Under the pieces are notes generated by a model, which had not been told where the DNA came from, did not search any database, and worked only from the letters and a program-made list of their open reading frames with translations. A stretch of DNA of 64,000 bases from assembly GCF_018350175.1 (NCBI RefSeq), contig NC_058373.1, positions 74,338,001-74,402,000 on the forward strand, in the 5' to 3' direction. Below, piece by piece: positions 36,900 through 49,800 of the stretch; position 1 is the stretch's first letter; every line of letters starts with the position of its first letter. The stretch is from Felis catus (lineage: Eukaryota). The translations under genes were made by a program, and so were the position numbers.

Positions 36900-37785
36900 T
36901 TCTAACTGCAGATCGGGCGCCCAGAGTGGGGTAGGGCAGTTGCCCCCGGCATGACCCGACCTAGTCTAGTAGTTGAAGTGCCCTTGTTACCAAGCTTGCT
37001 GAGGGGGGGCGAGACTGGGACTTGCTCCACTCTCATTGGTCAGCAGAGAAGTGCCACCGAGGAACCCTTGTTGCCAGAGGCAAGAACGAGAGCCCATTGG
37101 TCAGGACACCTCACAATGGCCCCGGCAGCGCACAGGATTCTTCCGATTGGTTCGCTGTCTGCCTCGGGAGACCCCTGTTGCCTCGACGCCCAGCAGTTTC
37201 CTTGGCGCCCTGGAAAGAGCGCTTCCCAAGCCCACCCCCGTTCCCCATTGGCTGTCGTGGGGGCCGCCGCCATCTAATGACGGAGGCGCAAAGCACCCGT
37301 GGGCGCGCTCCCTGCGGCAGGATCTAGTCCCGCGGGAGGGCGACCCTGCCGGGACTACAGGTGCCGAAGCTGAGTGCAAGACTCAGGCGCCCGGCACTCC
37401 TGCGGAGGACCCCCGTTCTCCCTCGGGACCTGATCTGGAGCCCAGCCCGGACCTGCCCTCGGGGAGCTCTGCACCTCCAACCTGGAACCCAACCCGAAAG
37501 GCCCCAGTAAGTTCGAAGCACCCACGCGGCGTGTGAACCCGCTCTGGGCAGATGGAGAGGAGAATCCCAACTGTTGTGTGTGCGGTCCGCGCCTCCATTT
37601 GCTTCTCGCCTTAATCCTTTATCCACCGATTATTGGCTCCTTTATTTGGCATTCGGGGTCCACCTCGGTGCCACCTCTCCAAACCCTTCGTTCCAACGGT
37701 GTTGGGAAGTCCCTCGCCGCAAAGAATTCCGATTGAGATCCGAACGGAGGAGTGGCGGAGACGGGGGTGAAACCCCTGTGGGACA
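36900..37785 (+). promoter_or_regulatory. REC8 CpG-island promoter with multiple inverted CCAAT boxes
   Basis: ATTGG at 37035, 37096, 37146, 37247 and 37632; CpG-rich; probable 5'UTR donor CCA|GTAAGT near 37506. Confidence 0.6.
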
Positions 37786-40700
37786 ATGTTCTACTATCCC
37801 AACGTGCTTCAGCGCCACACCGGCTGCTTCGCCACCATCTGGTAAGGGCAGGGCCCTGCGCGCCGGGAGGGGCACCCAGGGATCCCAGCCTGACACCCCC
37901 TCCCCACCGTCCATTCACACCCCCGACCCCTCCAGGCTGGCAGCGACGCGTGGCAGCCGGCTGGTGAAGCGTGAGTACTTGAAGGTGAACGTGGTGAAGA
38001 CCTGGTAAGGCCCAGGAAGGGGAGGAGCGGCCGGGCCTGTGCGGGCAGGGTGGCAGGGCAACTGGATGGATCCGGTTGGCCAGGCTACGGGGTTGGTCCT
38101 TGGCGCAGGGGTGAGTAGGGCGTTTTTACCCCCAGCGAGGAAATCCTCGATTACGTGCTGGTACGAGTGCAGCCCCCGCTGCCCGGTCTACCGCGGCCCC
38201 GCTTCTCCCTGTATCTCTCAGCCCAGCTGCAGATTGGCGTGATCCGGGTCTACTCCCAGCAATGCCAATACCTCGTAGGTAAGTCCGGGAAGGCTCGGAG
38301 ATGGGGCAGAGCTGAGTGGCCCTCGGCGAGGCGGGCCCTCTACCTTGCCCTCCCTGCCCACAGAGGACATCCAGCACATTCTGGAGCGCCTGCACCGTGC
38401 CCAGCTGCAGATCCGCATTGATATGGTAGAGACTGAGCTGTGAGTGCCCCCCTGGGACCGGCCCGTTAAGCTTTTTTTTTTTTTTCTTAAATTTTTAAAA
38501 TCTTTTTTGAGAGAGCACGTGAGCAGGGGACAGGCAGAGAGAGACACACACACAGAATCTGAAGCAGGCTCCAGGCTCTGAGCTGTCAGCACAGAGGCCA
38601 ACACGGGGTTCAAACTCACCAGCTGTGAGATCATGACCTGAGCCGAAGTCAGAGGCTTAACTGACTGAGCCACCCGACACCCCCCACCCCTGCCCTTCAG
38701 CCTTTAGAGGGCAACCTTAGCCCTCTGCCTCAGTACCTGACAGCCCACACTCTCTCTCAGACCCAGCCTGCTGCTTCCTAACCGCCTGGCCATGATGGAG
38801 ACCCTGGAAGATGCTCCAGACCCCTTTTTTGGAATGATGTCTGTGGATCCCACACTTCCCAGCCCCTTCAGTATCCCTCAGGTAGGGCTCCCCAGAGACA
38901 GCTCAGGGGGACTGTCGTGGTGGACCCACCCAGACAAAACCCATTCCACTTGTCTATTTAAGGCCAACTTAGAAGCAGCTCTTATCCGAACTTATTTCCA
39001 CACAGTTCCCACTGCCAAGGCTCTAATCCAGGCCCTCATTATTTCTCAGCCCTGGGTTTCCCTATCTATGTCCTCCTCTATCCACATTCTAACACCTCTA
39101 CAGCTTAATACAATGCTACTTCCTTCAAACACCTCCTGTGGCTCCCCACTGCAGATAGAGTACTAGCATTAGAGCTCTCCATGCCCAGATCTAGAACTAG
39201 CTACCGTCTCTTAGCATATCCCTTAAGCATCTTTGGCTCCCAGACACTGGTCTGGCCCCCATGTCCCAAAGATGCCATGTTCACTTCTTTGCTTGTGCTG
39301 TTTCCCTAGTCCATAAGGGTCATCCTCATTTTCTACTAGTTAAGTCTTACACATCCTTAACAGACCTGGCTCAAATACTATCCTTTTCTATGAGACTTTA
39401 TCACTGGCCAGAACCAAATGTTTTGGAACTCAGCGCATCGCTAAGGGGCTTGTTTCACCCTTTGTGTTGACTCTTGCCCAGGTCCTATACAAACCTGTCA
39501 TCATGTTGGACCATAAGCTCCTTAAGACCAGGAATCTTTTCTGTTCCTCTGTCCCCAACAACACTTGACATAAGGGTGCAGTGCTTCGTGTACAGACAGA
39601 TGGACAAAGAGTAGATAATGGCAGGAATGGGAGGAAAGGTGTGCATATGGTGAGTTCACCGCATACGACTGTCAGTGCCACAGGGCTTAGGCATGAAGGA
39701 ATATTTTCGTCCATTGTCTGAATAAGGCTGTGGAAGTGAGAAAACAGCAGCTAAAGATGAACCCTTCCTTTTGTCCCCAATCCTCCCCAAAGATTCGACA
39801 CCTTCTTGAGGCTGCAACCCCAGAGAGACTTCTTGAGGAGATCCCTCCTGAAGTCCCTATGGAGCCAACGAAGCCAGGTGAGCAGAGAGGGTTCTTTCCG
39901 GGGAAAGGCATAGGAAGGCCCCAAAACTGAAGAAATGACCATCATTGAGCTTCTCTTAAGGGCCATGCCCTTTGTGTAACCTCATCTCTGCCTCACAGGA
40001 GTCCTATGAGATCAGAATCTTACCCCTTTTTACAGAGGAGGAAAGTGAGGCCCCTAGTGGTTAAGCAGCATAGTCAGGTTCAGATTGGCAGTGACTGGCC
40101 TGGGCCTGACCAGAACCCAGATTGACTTGATTGTAGAGTCCATGTTTTTGCCTCACCACATGGGGTGGGAACCTGGAAAGAAGTAGAGGGGCTGGGGTGA
40201 CTTTCCTGCCCCTCCAGACAGGATCCCAGTCACTGTGCTGTCCCCAGAGGCCATCACCCTCCAAGAGGCAGAGCCCATACGCATGCTGCAGATTGAGGTG
40301 AGTTGTACCCCTACAGTGGGGCCTGAGGCCTGCCTCTGGCGGCCCAGCCCACCTTGCATTTATCCACTCCTGTCTGCCCCGAGTCCTGCCTTCTTGTTTC
40401 CATTTCACCACTCCCTGCCCCTGTTCCTTGAGCGCCCCGTGGGCCTCCTGCTGCCTGTCTTTCAGACCCAGTCTCCTAGATCCACTTGCCTTTTTCAGAA
40501 ATGGAACTGTGTCCTCTTTCCCCTCTCCTTACTCTCCCTCTTTGGACAGGGTGAACGGGACCTTCCGGAGGTCAGCCGGCGAGACTTGGAGCTGCTGATT
40601 GCCGAGGAAGAAGAAGCTATCTTATTAGAGGAACGTGAAGGTAGGCCTATCTGGCTGCGTACGGCCCGTGCGGCATGGATGGTCAGAGCCCTGACATGGG

Positions 40701-43466
40701 CAGTCTGGGCCTGGGCAGTGCTCCCATCTCCTCTCTTCTGTGCTCTGAGACCTGATCTTCTCTCTGCAGAGTACAAGGAGGAGCCCCGGGCCCTGGAGGG
40801 AGAAGCCATATTACCCTCGCTTTCACCTCCAGCTCTTGTACAGTAAGGGCAGGACCCTCTGGGCCAGGTAGGGGGTCAGTGCTGGGAGGGGTGTCTTCAT
40901 TTCTCACCCATTTTCCCTCAGGGTGGAAGGGGCAGCAGAGCCACTTCCGGTCCCAGTCCCCGAGGAACCGAAGCCAGCAGGCTGGGAGCCTGAGGCCCTA
41001 CTTACTGGTGAGTGCCCATCGTGCCTGTACAGCTACTGCACACAAGGGTCCTGGATTCCAACTTGCTGAAGGGAGGCCTTCTAGCTGGTGGCTGGGTGAC
41101 TGTAAGGGCAAAGGCTGTGTGGCAGAGCCAGGACCTAGAGTGTTTTTGCAGAGGTGACCCCTCCACCAGAGCTGCGTCTGCCAGCCCCTCCCAGCCCAGA
41201 GGTGAGTAGTGCCCCTTCCAAGTCTCTTCCCCTCCCAGAGCTGCTCATCTGTATTCGGCTTCCCCAAGCCCTGGGCCACTGCTAGCCTGCCTGGGCCTTT
41301 GGGCAAATGGGTAAAAGGTACCCCTGCTCATACTCCATTTATCTAGACCGCCCTTCTCAGCTGGGCCCCTCACATGAGGTTGGAACTGCATGTACTCAGA
41401 GGCCGTGTCCAGCTCTTTCCTGGGGCACCTCTGGGGTGGGGATATGGGGCTTGTACCACTAAGGTGGTGGGAAAGGGAATCATGGGCAGCCTTGCCCCCA
41501 CTTCCCCTCCAACTCAGCAGAGGAGGCCCCCAGTTGTCCCATATCCTGTGAGCCCACCTGCTCGTCGCCGTCGCCGCCGCCAGTTACTGTTCTGGGACAA
41601 GGAGACTCAGATTTCCCGGGAGAAATTCCGGGAACAACTGCAAACCAGAGCCCACTGCTGGGAGTGTGTGAGTGCAGCGTAGGCTCTGCTGGGGATGGAG
41701 GGAGGCAGGGCGGGCCTGGGGCAATGCATGCTGGGCCTTCTAAACTCTGGGGGGATGGGGGGGGTTACACAGGGAACAATCCCCAAAGTGCACGTGTTCC
41801 GGGGGTTTGAACATACACAGCTCTGTGTTCCTTGAGTGACCCCACCTAGCATATCCACAGGCCCCAGTTAGTAGTGAGTGGGGCAAGCAGGGGCATGAAC
41901 CTGAGAGTTGGAAGGTCAGAGGCCTTGGAACAAAGTATTGCAAAGAAGTGGAGGAGGGGCGGTGAGGAGTGGCTCCCTCCTAACTGGGCTTCTGGCCCTC
42001 CCTGCCATGCAGCCAAAGGTGCAGCCTCCTGAGAGGACCATCAGAAGCCCCACGGAGCTATTCCAAACCCCAACTCACTGTAAGGAGCGGTGGGAGTTGG
42101 CATGTGGGATCTTCTGAACCCACATTCCTCACTTGGTGTTCCTCACACCTCAGACCCCATCCCCACTGCCCACCCCCTCCCCAGCTGGCTGGTTACCCCC
42201 AGAACTGCTGTCTTTCTGGACCCGCTGTGCCCAGCCACCCCCAGAAGCACTCAGGCGAAGGCCACCCCTGGAGCCTGAAGAGGAGGCTGAGGAGGAAAGG
42301 AGGAGGACTGAAGCTCTGAGCGATATTGAGGTTACTGCACCCTTCCTCCTTCGTCAAGAGGCTGCCTTCTCCCCCGTGCCCCCGCACCCCCATGGGAGCC
42401 ATTGGTGCTGGGTCCATCCCCTAGTGCAGGCCGGTTCAGGGCTGGGACTGCTTCACCCTACCCCAGATGTTTCTGACACTCGGGGTCTTAGTTCTCGCTC
42501 TCCCACCCCCAGGTCCTGAGAGAGGCCCAGGAGCCCAGCGGGCCCCTCATGCTGTCTTCAGGTAGGTACCTGGAGAAGGGAGAGGACCACCACCCCAGCC
42601 CCGGTCCCGGAGAACTGGTACCCCAATGCTCTTATTAGAAGGGAGTGATTAACATGAGGGAGCATAGATCTCTTCAGCTCTCCCACTGGGCACTTTTAAT
42701 AAGTCACTGCACAGCCACGGTTTCTGGGTCAACCAGGTGGCCTCAAGGTCCCGCTTGCTCAGATCTAAGCAGATCCACTCACGACCTCCCCATCCCCCAA
42801 CAGAACTCTCTCTAGAAGCGGCCGAGGAGGAGAAGACCCGCATCAGCCTCATCCCTTCGGAAGAACGGTGGTAAGCCACCAGCCCCGGAGAACTCAAATA
42901 TTCCCCCTTGTTGCTGTCACAGCTGCCACCTTCCCTGTTCCACCTGACTCCCATGTTCTCCCAGGGCCTGGGCCGAGGCAGAACAGCCAGAGGCCCCTGC
43001 ACTGCCTGTGGTACCCGAACTCCCTGAAGTGCCTATGGAGTTGCCTTTGGAGCTGCCCCTGGAGCCCGAGCTGCTGTCGCTGGAGGCTGTGTATAGGTAT
43101 TAGGGAGACAGACGGTGTCTCGGTGGGGCGGGCCCAGGCTGAGACTTCAGCTGACAGTCCTTGATCCCTACAGGGCAGTGGCACAGGAGCTGCAGGCCAA
43201 CAGGGAGCCCGATTTCAGCAGCCTGGTGTCCCCTCTCAGCCCTCGCAGGGTGGCTGCCCGGGCCTTCTATCTGCTGCTAGGTGAGTGTGGGCACGAGGTG
43301 CAATGTGGGGGACGAAGACACACAGGCCCTACGCGGACTCCCCCTGACTGGCCCTGTCTTCTCCCCTTGAGCAGTGCTTGCAGCACAACAGATCCTTCGC
43401 GTGGAACAAGAGAAGCCGTACGGGCGACTCCTGCTGCAGCCGGGGCCCCGATTCCACTGCGGTTAG
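37786..43466 (+). CDS. REC8: Meiotic cohesin alpha-kleisin REC8, 19 coding exons
   Basis: Exons 37786-37841 (MFYYPNVLQRHTGCFATIW), 37936-38004, 38136-38278, 38364-38439, 38761-38881, 39793-39877, 40218-40297, 40550-40640, 40770-40842, 40922-41007, 41152-41201, 41521-41667, 42013-42079, 42185-42330, 42513-42561, 42804-42870, 42965-43096, 43174-43280, 43375-43466. C-terminal kleisin motif RRVAARAFYLLLVL...QEKPYG. ATTAAA 43500-43505. Confidence 0.95.
38470..38682 (-). mobile_element. CAN-SINE in REC8 intron 4
   Basis: Poly-T, GA tract and reverse-complement head. Confidence 0.85.
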
Positions 43467-43800
43467 AACTAATTCACAAGATGCCAGGATACTGGTTACA
43501 TTAAATATGTCTTGCCTGCCTCATTTCTGAACATCTATCTCCGTGCTTTCTGCTGTCAGAGCTACTGTTTTTCAAGCAGAAATTGAACTGCCTTTATTTA
43601 GGGTAGGATGTCAAGGCTCCATTCGTGTTGTTCCAGAGCAGAACACATCCAGAGACGCCTCTGCAGGGCAGCAGGCAGGGCTGAGACTCCAAATGGCTAC
43701 GAGGCCCAGAATCTTTGGTAAGGCATGAGCTGCACTGGGCTGAGAGGTGCTCTCGGGGTCTGGGCAGGCTCTGTTCTCTCTGGCCCGGCTGCAGCTCAGT

Positions 43801-46800
43801 CTAGGTGAGGCCCAGGACGGCCTGGAGCTCCTGAGCTTTGTCACCAGGCAAGGAGCCCAGTGCTGAGTGGAAGCTGTCGGTGTGCTGTCTGGCCAAGAAT
43901 GTCAGGAGCAGCAGCAATGCGGCCTTGGTATCTGGGTGGAAAGTGCAGAGGGAGAGATCCCGCAAGGACTGGCCCTCCCCCACCCCCAGGCCCTGTGACC
44001 CCTGGCCCTGCCCACTACTGCCACCCTCACCTGGTGGGATCTTATTGTCGGCCAGAATGAGGCTGCAGATGCGCAGGAGCTCAGGAGCCACATCTACAAC
44101 CTGTGAGAAAAGAAAGGCTGACTTAGGGGTGGCGGCACCTTTGGGCCCGGGTCCAGGGGGGGCAGTGGTAGAGGCCAAAGAGAGGGAGAATCTCCCACCA
44201 GGGATACTTTGAGTGTGATACCAATTCACATCCAAGATAACTGTGAAACATGAGAAGGACCCAAGAAACATGGTAGTAGTAATCGTTTTTGAAGGAGACA
44301 GGATTGTGACCAAAGAGGAATGAAGTTAAGAACAAAAGAATCCCATGGTTGCTCTTCAGATCTATTAAGTCTTTCACCTTTTATTTTAAAGAAAGACCAA
44401 AAGAATCCCAGACACTTGGGAGCCCCACCAACAGAACAGTCTCTACAGAAGCACTGGAACAGGAGTCCAAACCTAGCTGGTCAGTTCAGACGAATTCAGG
44501 AAGCAGGGCTGCTCTAATTGGAAGGGATGGTGGGGCAGCCCGGGGATACCCACGCCCCATGAGCATCCTGAAGGAACCCTGGTATAGGAAGTTAGCCTAG
44601 GGAAGCTGTGATTTCTAGCTCCCCCCAGAGTGTGCAAATGGCCAGGCACGATGGAGCCTCCCTAGGAAAAAGCACTAAGGAGCATCACAGGACAGTTTAA
44701 ACTGTTACTCTGCGTCAGCTACAAGCGAGGCCAATTCTGCCTGTGACGAGCAGCAAGCTCCCCAGAGGGCCGCCAGCATCAGCATTACCTGGTCAGGGCT
44801 GCTTTGGTACAGGAAGCTGAAGAGGTGCCCTATGGTGACCCATTCCTCCAAGTCCTCCTTCAGTGGCAGGGCATGCAGCAGGGCAGCCAGCACCTGGACA
44901 CAGAGATGCCTCAGGCCCCTTGTTCCGCACCCTCGCACCCTCCTCAGCTTCCTGGCTGTGCCTGATGCCCCTGGGTCTCACCTGGGGCTCCGGTTTCCTT
45001 GTGGGACTGGCCATCAGCAGGCGGGCAAGTGCCCCACAGATGTTGTCACGGACGCGATCATGGCGCTCCCGTGCCAGGAGGGGCAACAGAAGCCCCAGCA
45101 GCTTGGGGAAGTGTCTGGTTCCACAGTCAAGGAAGAGGCACGCGGGCAGACCTCTCCCATCCTCGAGTTCCAGGGATGCTCCCAACCCCACCCAGGCCCT
45201 TTCTGCAAACTAAGGATACTCCTGAGCGGGGCGGCCCCCATGTTCTGCCAGCACCCCCAGCCCAAAGATGGCATTGCTCCGCACCTCAGGGTCTGCCTCC
45301 CGGGCGGTGCTCAACAGCACAGGGAGCAGCCGAGACACAAACTGGGCTGAGGCGCCACCCAGGCCCTGAATAGACTCCGCCAGGGTCCCCACTGCAAAAG
45401 ACTTCTCTGCCACTGTGCAGCCCTGCTTCTGGTGGGGGGAGGAGTGAAGTCAGCAGGGACAGAGTGAGGGGCTGGACACAAGGTGCACGGATAGAACGGG
45501 TTTCGAAGCCAGAACACAGAGCACTCACCGTCTTGCACAGCAGCAGTGGCAAGAAGCCAGCAAAGAAGGGGGCGAAGGCATCTCCCCCGGCTGCAGCTGC
45601 CAGGGCTGGGATGGCCTCTCCCGCGTGCTCCAGCAACATGGCATCATACTCAGCCTGCGGAACCAGGTCAGGGGCTAGAGCACCAGAGCTAGTTCTGTAG
45701 CCGTGGGTGCCTCCCACAATGCCCCTTCCAAGCTGGCCATGTTTGAAACACAGCTTTTTCTCCTGGTACACCTACTTTTAGCTATCGATCCAAGCCCACC
45801 CCAATCCCCACCTGCCAGCAGCCTTTCCTGAACCTCCAATGCCTTAGTGGGAGCAGGGCTGCATCATTTGGAGCCATTACCAGCCGTTTAGTGCCCCTGG
45901 CCTCCCTAGGCCAAGCCCAGGTGCACTGTCCATCTCTGCCCTGTGCAGACTACCCGGACAGCCTGGTCCCAGTTTGCATCCATGGCCCTTACCTGGTCCT
46001 CCTCTTCTTCCTCCTCGTCGGTGTCCTGACAAGCTATCTGCAGGAAGAGAGTTCAGCTCAGCCTGGATCTCCTGCCCCTTCCCCTTTCCATGGAGGGGAG
46101 ATAGGGAAACCTGGACCTGTAGTACCCTCAGACTATCCCCACTTAGGGCTGAGCCATCTCCTCAGCCCACAGTCCACCCATCCTGCTCACCTTCCTTTGC
46201 AGCACCGCCTTGAGCATGTTGCAGAGCTCAGCAAGACGCCCAGGGGGCTGCAACGCGAGGGGCCCGCAGCCGCGCAGCACCCCCGTCAGCGCCTCCAACA
46301 CGGCCATCACCACCTGGCGCTCCCGCTCCACATTCACTGCCTGCATGTAGGATGGCACCACCCGGGCGAGGGCAGTCTGCAGAGCTGGGGACATTATTAG
46401 CTGAAGCCCCGATCAGACCCTGTCCCTCCCTCCAATCGCCCCCTGCTTCCAGGGGCCCTAGCCTCCCCTGCTCACCTGCAGTGTTGGGTTCTGAGGGGCA
46501 GCTCTGACAGGCCTTGTGCAGTGCGCAGCAGAACTGACCCAGTGCCTCGTGGGCTGCCTTCCGCACATTCAGGTGAGGGCACTGCAGGGTGAGGAGGGGC
46601 AGGATGTGCCTGCTGTGTTCATGGCCAACGCTGGGCCCTGAGCCCTTGGATCCCACCCACTCTACCAGCCCTCTCACCTCTAGCAGCTTGAACACTTCTT
46701 CAAAGACAGTCTCCATGTAGGGAAGGAAGGCCACACTGTGGACAAACATATGGCCATTGGGGAAGGAATTCCCAGGCAGGGTTCCCAGTGCTGGGGAAGG

Positions 46801-49800
46801 CCAAGGCTCACCTGGTGTTCACGGAGATCTCCCCCAGAGCAGCACAGGTGTCTTCCTTCTCATCGAAAAAGGCATTTTCCACGCTGTACCTAGGGTCAGG
46901 TGGGGAGGCAGCAGCCATCAGGCACCAGGAGGGGCAGATCTGGCACTGGGCCCTTGCAAAGCCAGGATTCCTCTGACCAGAATGGCAGCCCTCCGCACCC
47001 TGAGATCTCTGAGTCCTCCTCCTCTTCCTCATCCTTGTCCATGAGCTCCTCCTCTTCCTCCCCATCGCTCTCGTCAAACAAAAGGAAGGAGGCACTTCCA
47101 TCGTACTGAGGCTGGACAGAGGAGGCACAGCAGGGACTCGAGCTTAGCTGAGCCTGGGAGACAAATGCCAGTCCCGGGCTGCCCTTCCCCAACTGGCCCA
47201 GCCCACCCGTTCTCTGCTCACCACAATGCCTTCAGTGGAACGCAGTGACAACAGCATAAGTGTGGTGATTTGTGGCAGGTGTGGCGCCAGGCCCTCACCC
47301 ATGAGCCCTGATAAGGCTGCAAACAGGCTGTACCTGGGGGAGGCAGGCAGAAGCTGTACAGGCAGAATGGGGAAGCCCAGGAAAACCCCTGATCCAGAAA
47401 CAGAGAGGACAGGGTTCTCAGGTCAGGGCTGTGGATCCAGTGGGTGGGCAGGAGACATGGGACAGGGGTGGGGTGAGGGCTCACTCACGTGCAGCGCCGC
47501 AAGTCAGGGTCGTCTACCTGGTCACACAGGCCCAGCCCTAGCTGGCAGCATTCCTCAGCCAGGGGCCTCATGGGCTCCCCCACTGCTCGAGCCAGCACCC
47601 CCAGTGTCTCTGTGGGGACAAGGACTTGGTTAACACTAGGATGTGAAGATGGGTCAGAGGTGTGCGAGGCCAAGACCTAGGGGACCAAAGATGGCAGCTG
47701 GGGGGTGATTCAGGAATCCCAGTTGTGTTTCTAGGCACAGTAGGAAGGGTGCTTCCTTCGATGAAAAGGAAAAAGCCTGTGTTACCCGGGGGGAGATCTC
47801 TGTGAACACCTTGGCCCTTCCCCTGCACTGGGAACCTTGCCTGAGAGCCCCTTACTCACCCAGGCTCTGGATCTGCACAGGCTGAAGGTCCTCATGGCCA
47901 GTTAACAGGAATTCCCGCAGGTGCTCCATAATGGTGGGGAAGTAGGGCAGCAGGGAGGCCTGGGCAGCTGTGGCTGGGGAATGGAAGGCCAGTATCAGAG
48001 CTGGAGGGAGGACCACCGGTCCATCTGTCACGGACACCCTAGGGAAACCCTGTGCCCTGCCTCCTGCCTCCTTGTCCTCACCAATGGCCCCCAGGGCGCT
48101 CACAGCCAGCTCCTTGGCCCGGGAGCTGCTGGGATTCCTCAGAGGCTGCAGCATACATTCCATCAGCTCCGGAAGGTAGGGCTGCACTTTAGGCCCTGTA
48201 GGAAAAAGCATTCCTCTAACACCCAGGCCAGGTCTCCTACTTTCTGGGGGCCCACTTCCCTCTAGGCTGACCTCTAACATCTAGCCCAGACCTCTTTGGG
48301 TGCCTGCCACACCCCTTTCTCTGCCGCCGACAGTGGTTCAGGGAGTTGCACATCCCGTCGCCTTCATCCAAAGCTACAGCTCCGTCCCCTCCCTCACATA
48401 CCCGATTGCCATCACCTACCCAGGTTCTCCACGAAATTCTCCAGGGCATAACAGGCCTTGGCTAGGTGGTTTGTGTGCCCAGAAGGCACCGATTTCAGGT
48501 AGGCGAGGAGCAGTGGCATCACCTCCCCTGAATAGCTGCTGATATGGGGCTGAAAGAAGGGGAAAGGAGATCCCGAGTCAGCTCAACCGCGGGTATGACC
48601 TCAAAGCACACACCTAAGTGCCAATGGCAGCAGGGATGCCTGAGGAGGGGAGGCTGGCCCCTGGGAGGGGTGGGGACTCTGAAATGCTGACTGCCCATTC
48701 AGCCTTGCTGACCTGTAGGTTCTCTGAGAACTGGCCCAGGGCAAACAATGCAGCATTGCGTACAACTTGTGATGGGTCCTCCAGGCCCTTGCACACGATC
48801 TGCAGCAGTGGGGACAGCAGTCTGGGTGGGGCAGAACAAGAGAATGTAGTCTGAGGGGCAACACCAGAAAGCCCTAGGCTGGGCCATTCTCATTTCCCCT
48901 GGGAAAAAGTCTTTCTCTGTCACCAGACAGTAGGCGCCACCCCTGGTCCCTATAGCTGGGGAAGCCATTTAAATTATTTTCCAAATCAGGACGCCTTTTA
49001 GAGTGGCGGAAAGCACTACTGATAATTAAGCTCCAACAATGAGCACAGACCAGGACTGCCACGTGCTGTGTGGTGGTTCTCTCCACTGCCCAGCCTCCCT
49101 CTAGGAAAAAGGAATAGACACCTACCTCTGTCTGATGTGGTCACCAGCTCCATCGGACAGTACGGCCAGCACCAGGAGCCCGGCCTTGCGCTGGTACGGT
49201 CTCTCACTCCGCAAGGCCTCTTCCAGCATGGGCATCTAAGGGAGCAAATGGTACTCTCCAGAAACCCTGGCATAAGCCTGCCATTCCTCCGGCAACTGGC
49301 CCTCCACACCTACTAGGGCCCAAACATCTTCAGCAATGGGAGACTAGGCACACCTGGGGGTAGGGGCGCCAGAAAGGCAGAGCCACACTTACCAACAAGG
49401 GACAGAGCTTCTCAGGGGGCAAATGTAGTGCCAGCATGTCCACGACCTGAAAATGGACAGAAGACTTTGCTGGACTCCATCTCTGCCCCACAGCTACCTA
49501 ACACCCTGTTACTACCCCTGTAGAATATCTCACCTGTACAGCAAAGTGCTTGGGAGTCTCCCCCACCAGCCCAATCTCCACCTCTTCCTCTTCTGAATCC
49601 TGGTCTTCAGGATCCAGCTGGCCCAGTGGGGGCTCGGCAGCCATAATGGGGAAAAGGGTGTGTAGTAAGGGTGGCAGAAGATGATTCTTCAACAAAGCCT
49701 TGAAAGGAAGGTGGAATGGCGTCCCTGAGTATCTGCTCTCAAGATGGACTCACATTAAAAATTCTAGCCTTCTAGGCCATAAAGGGTCTAACAGAAGATT

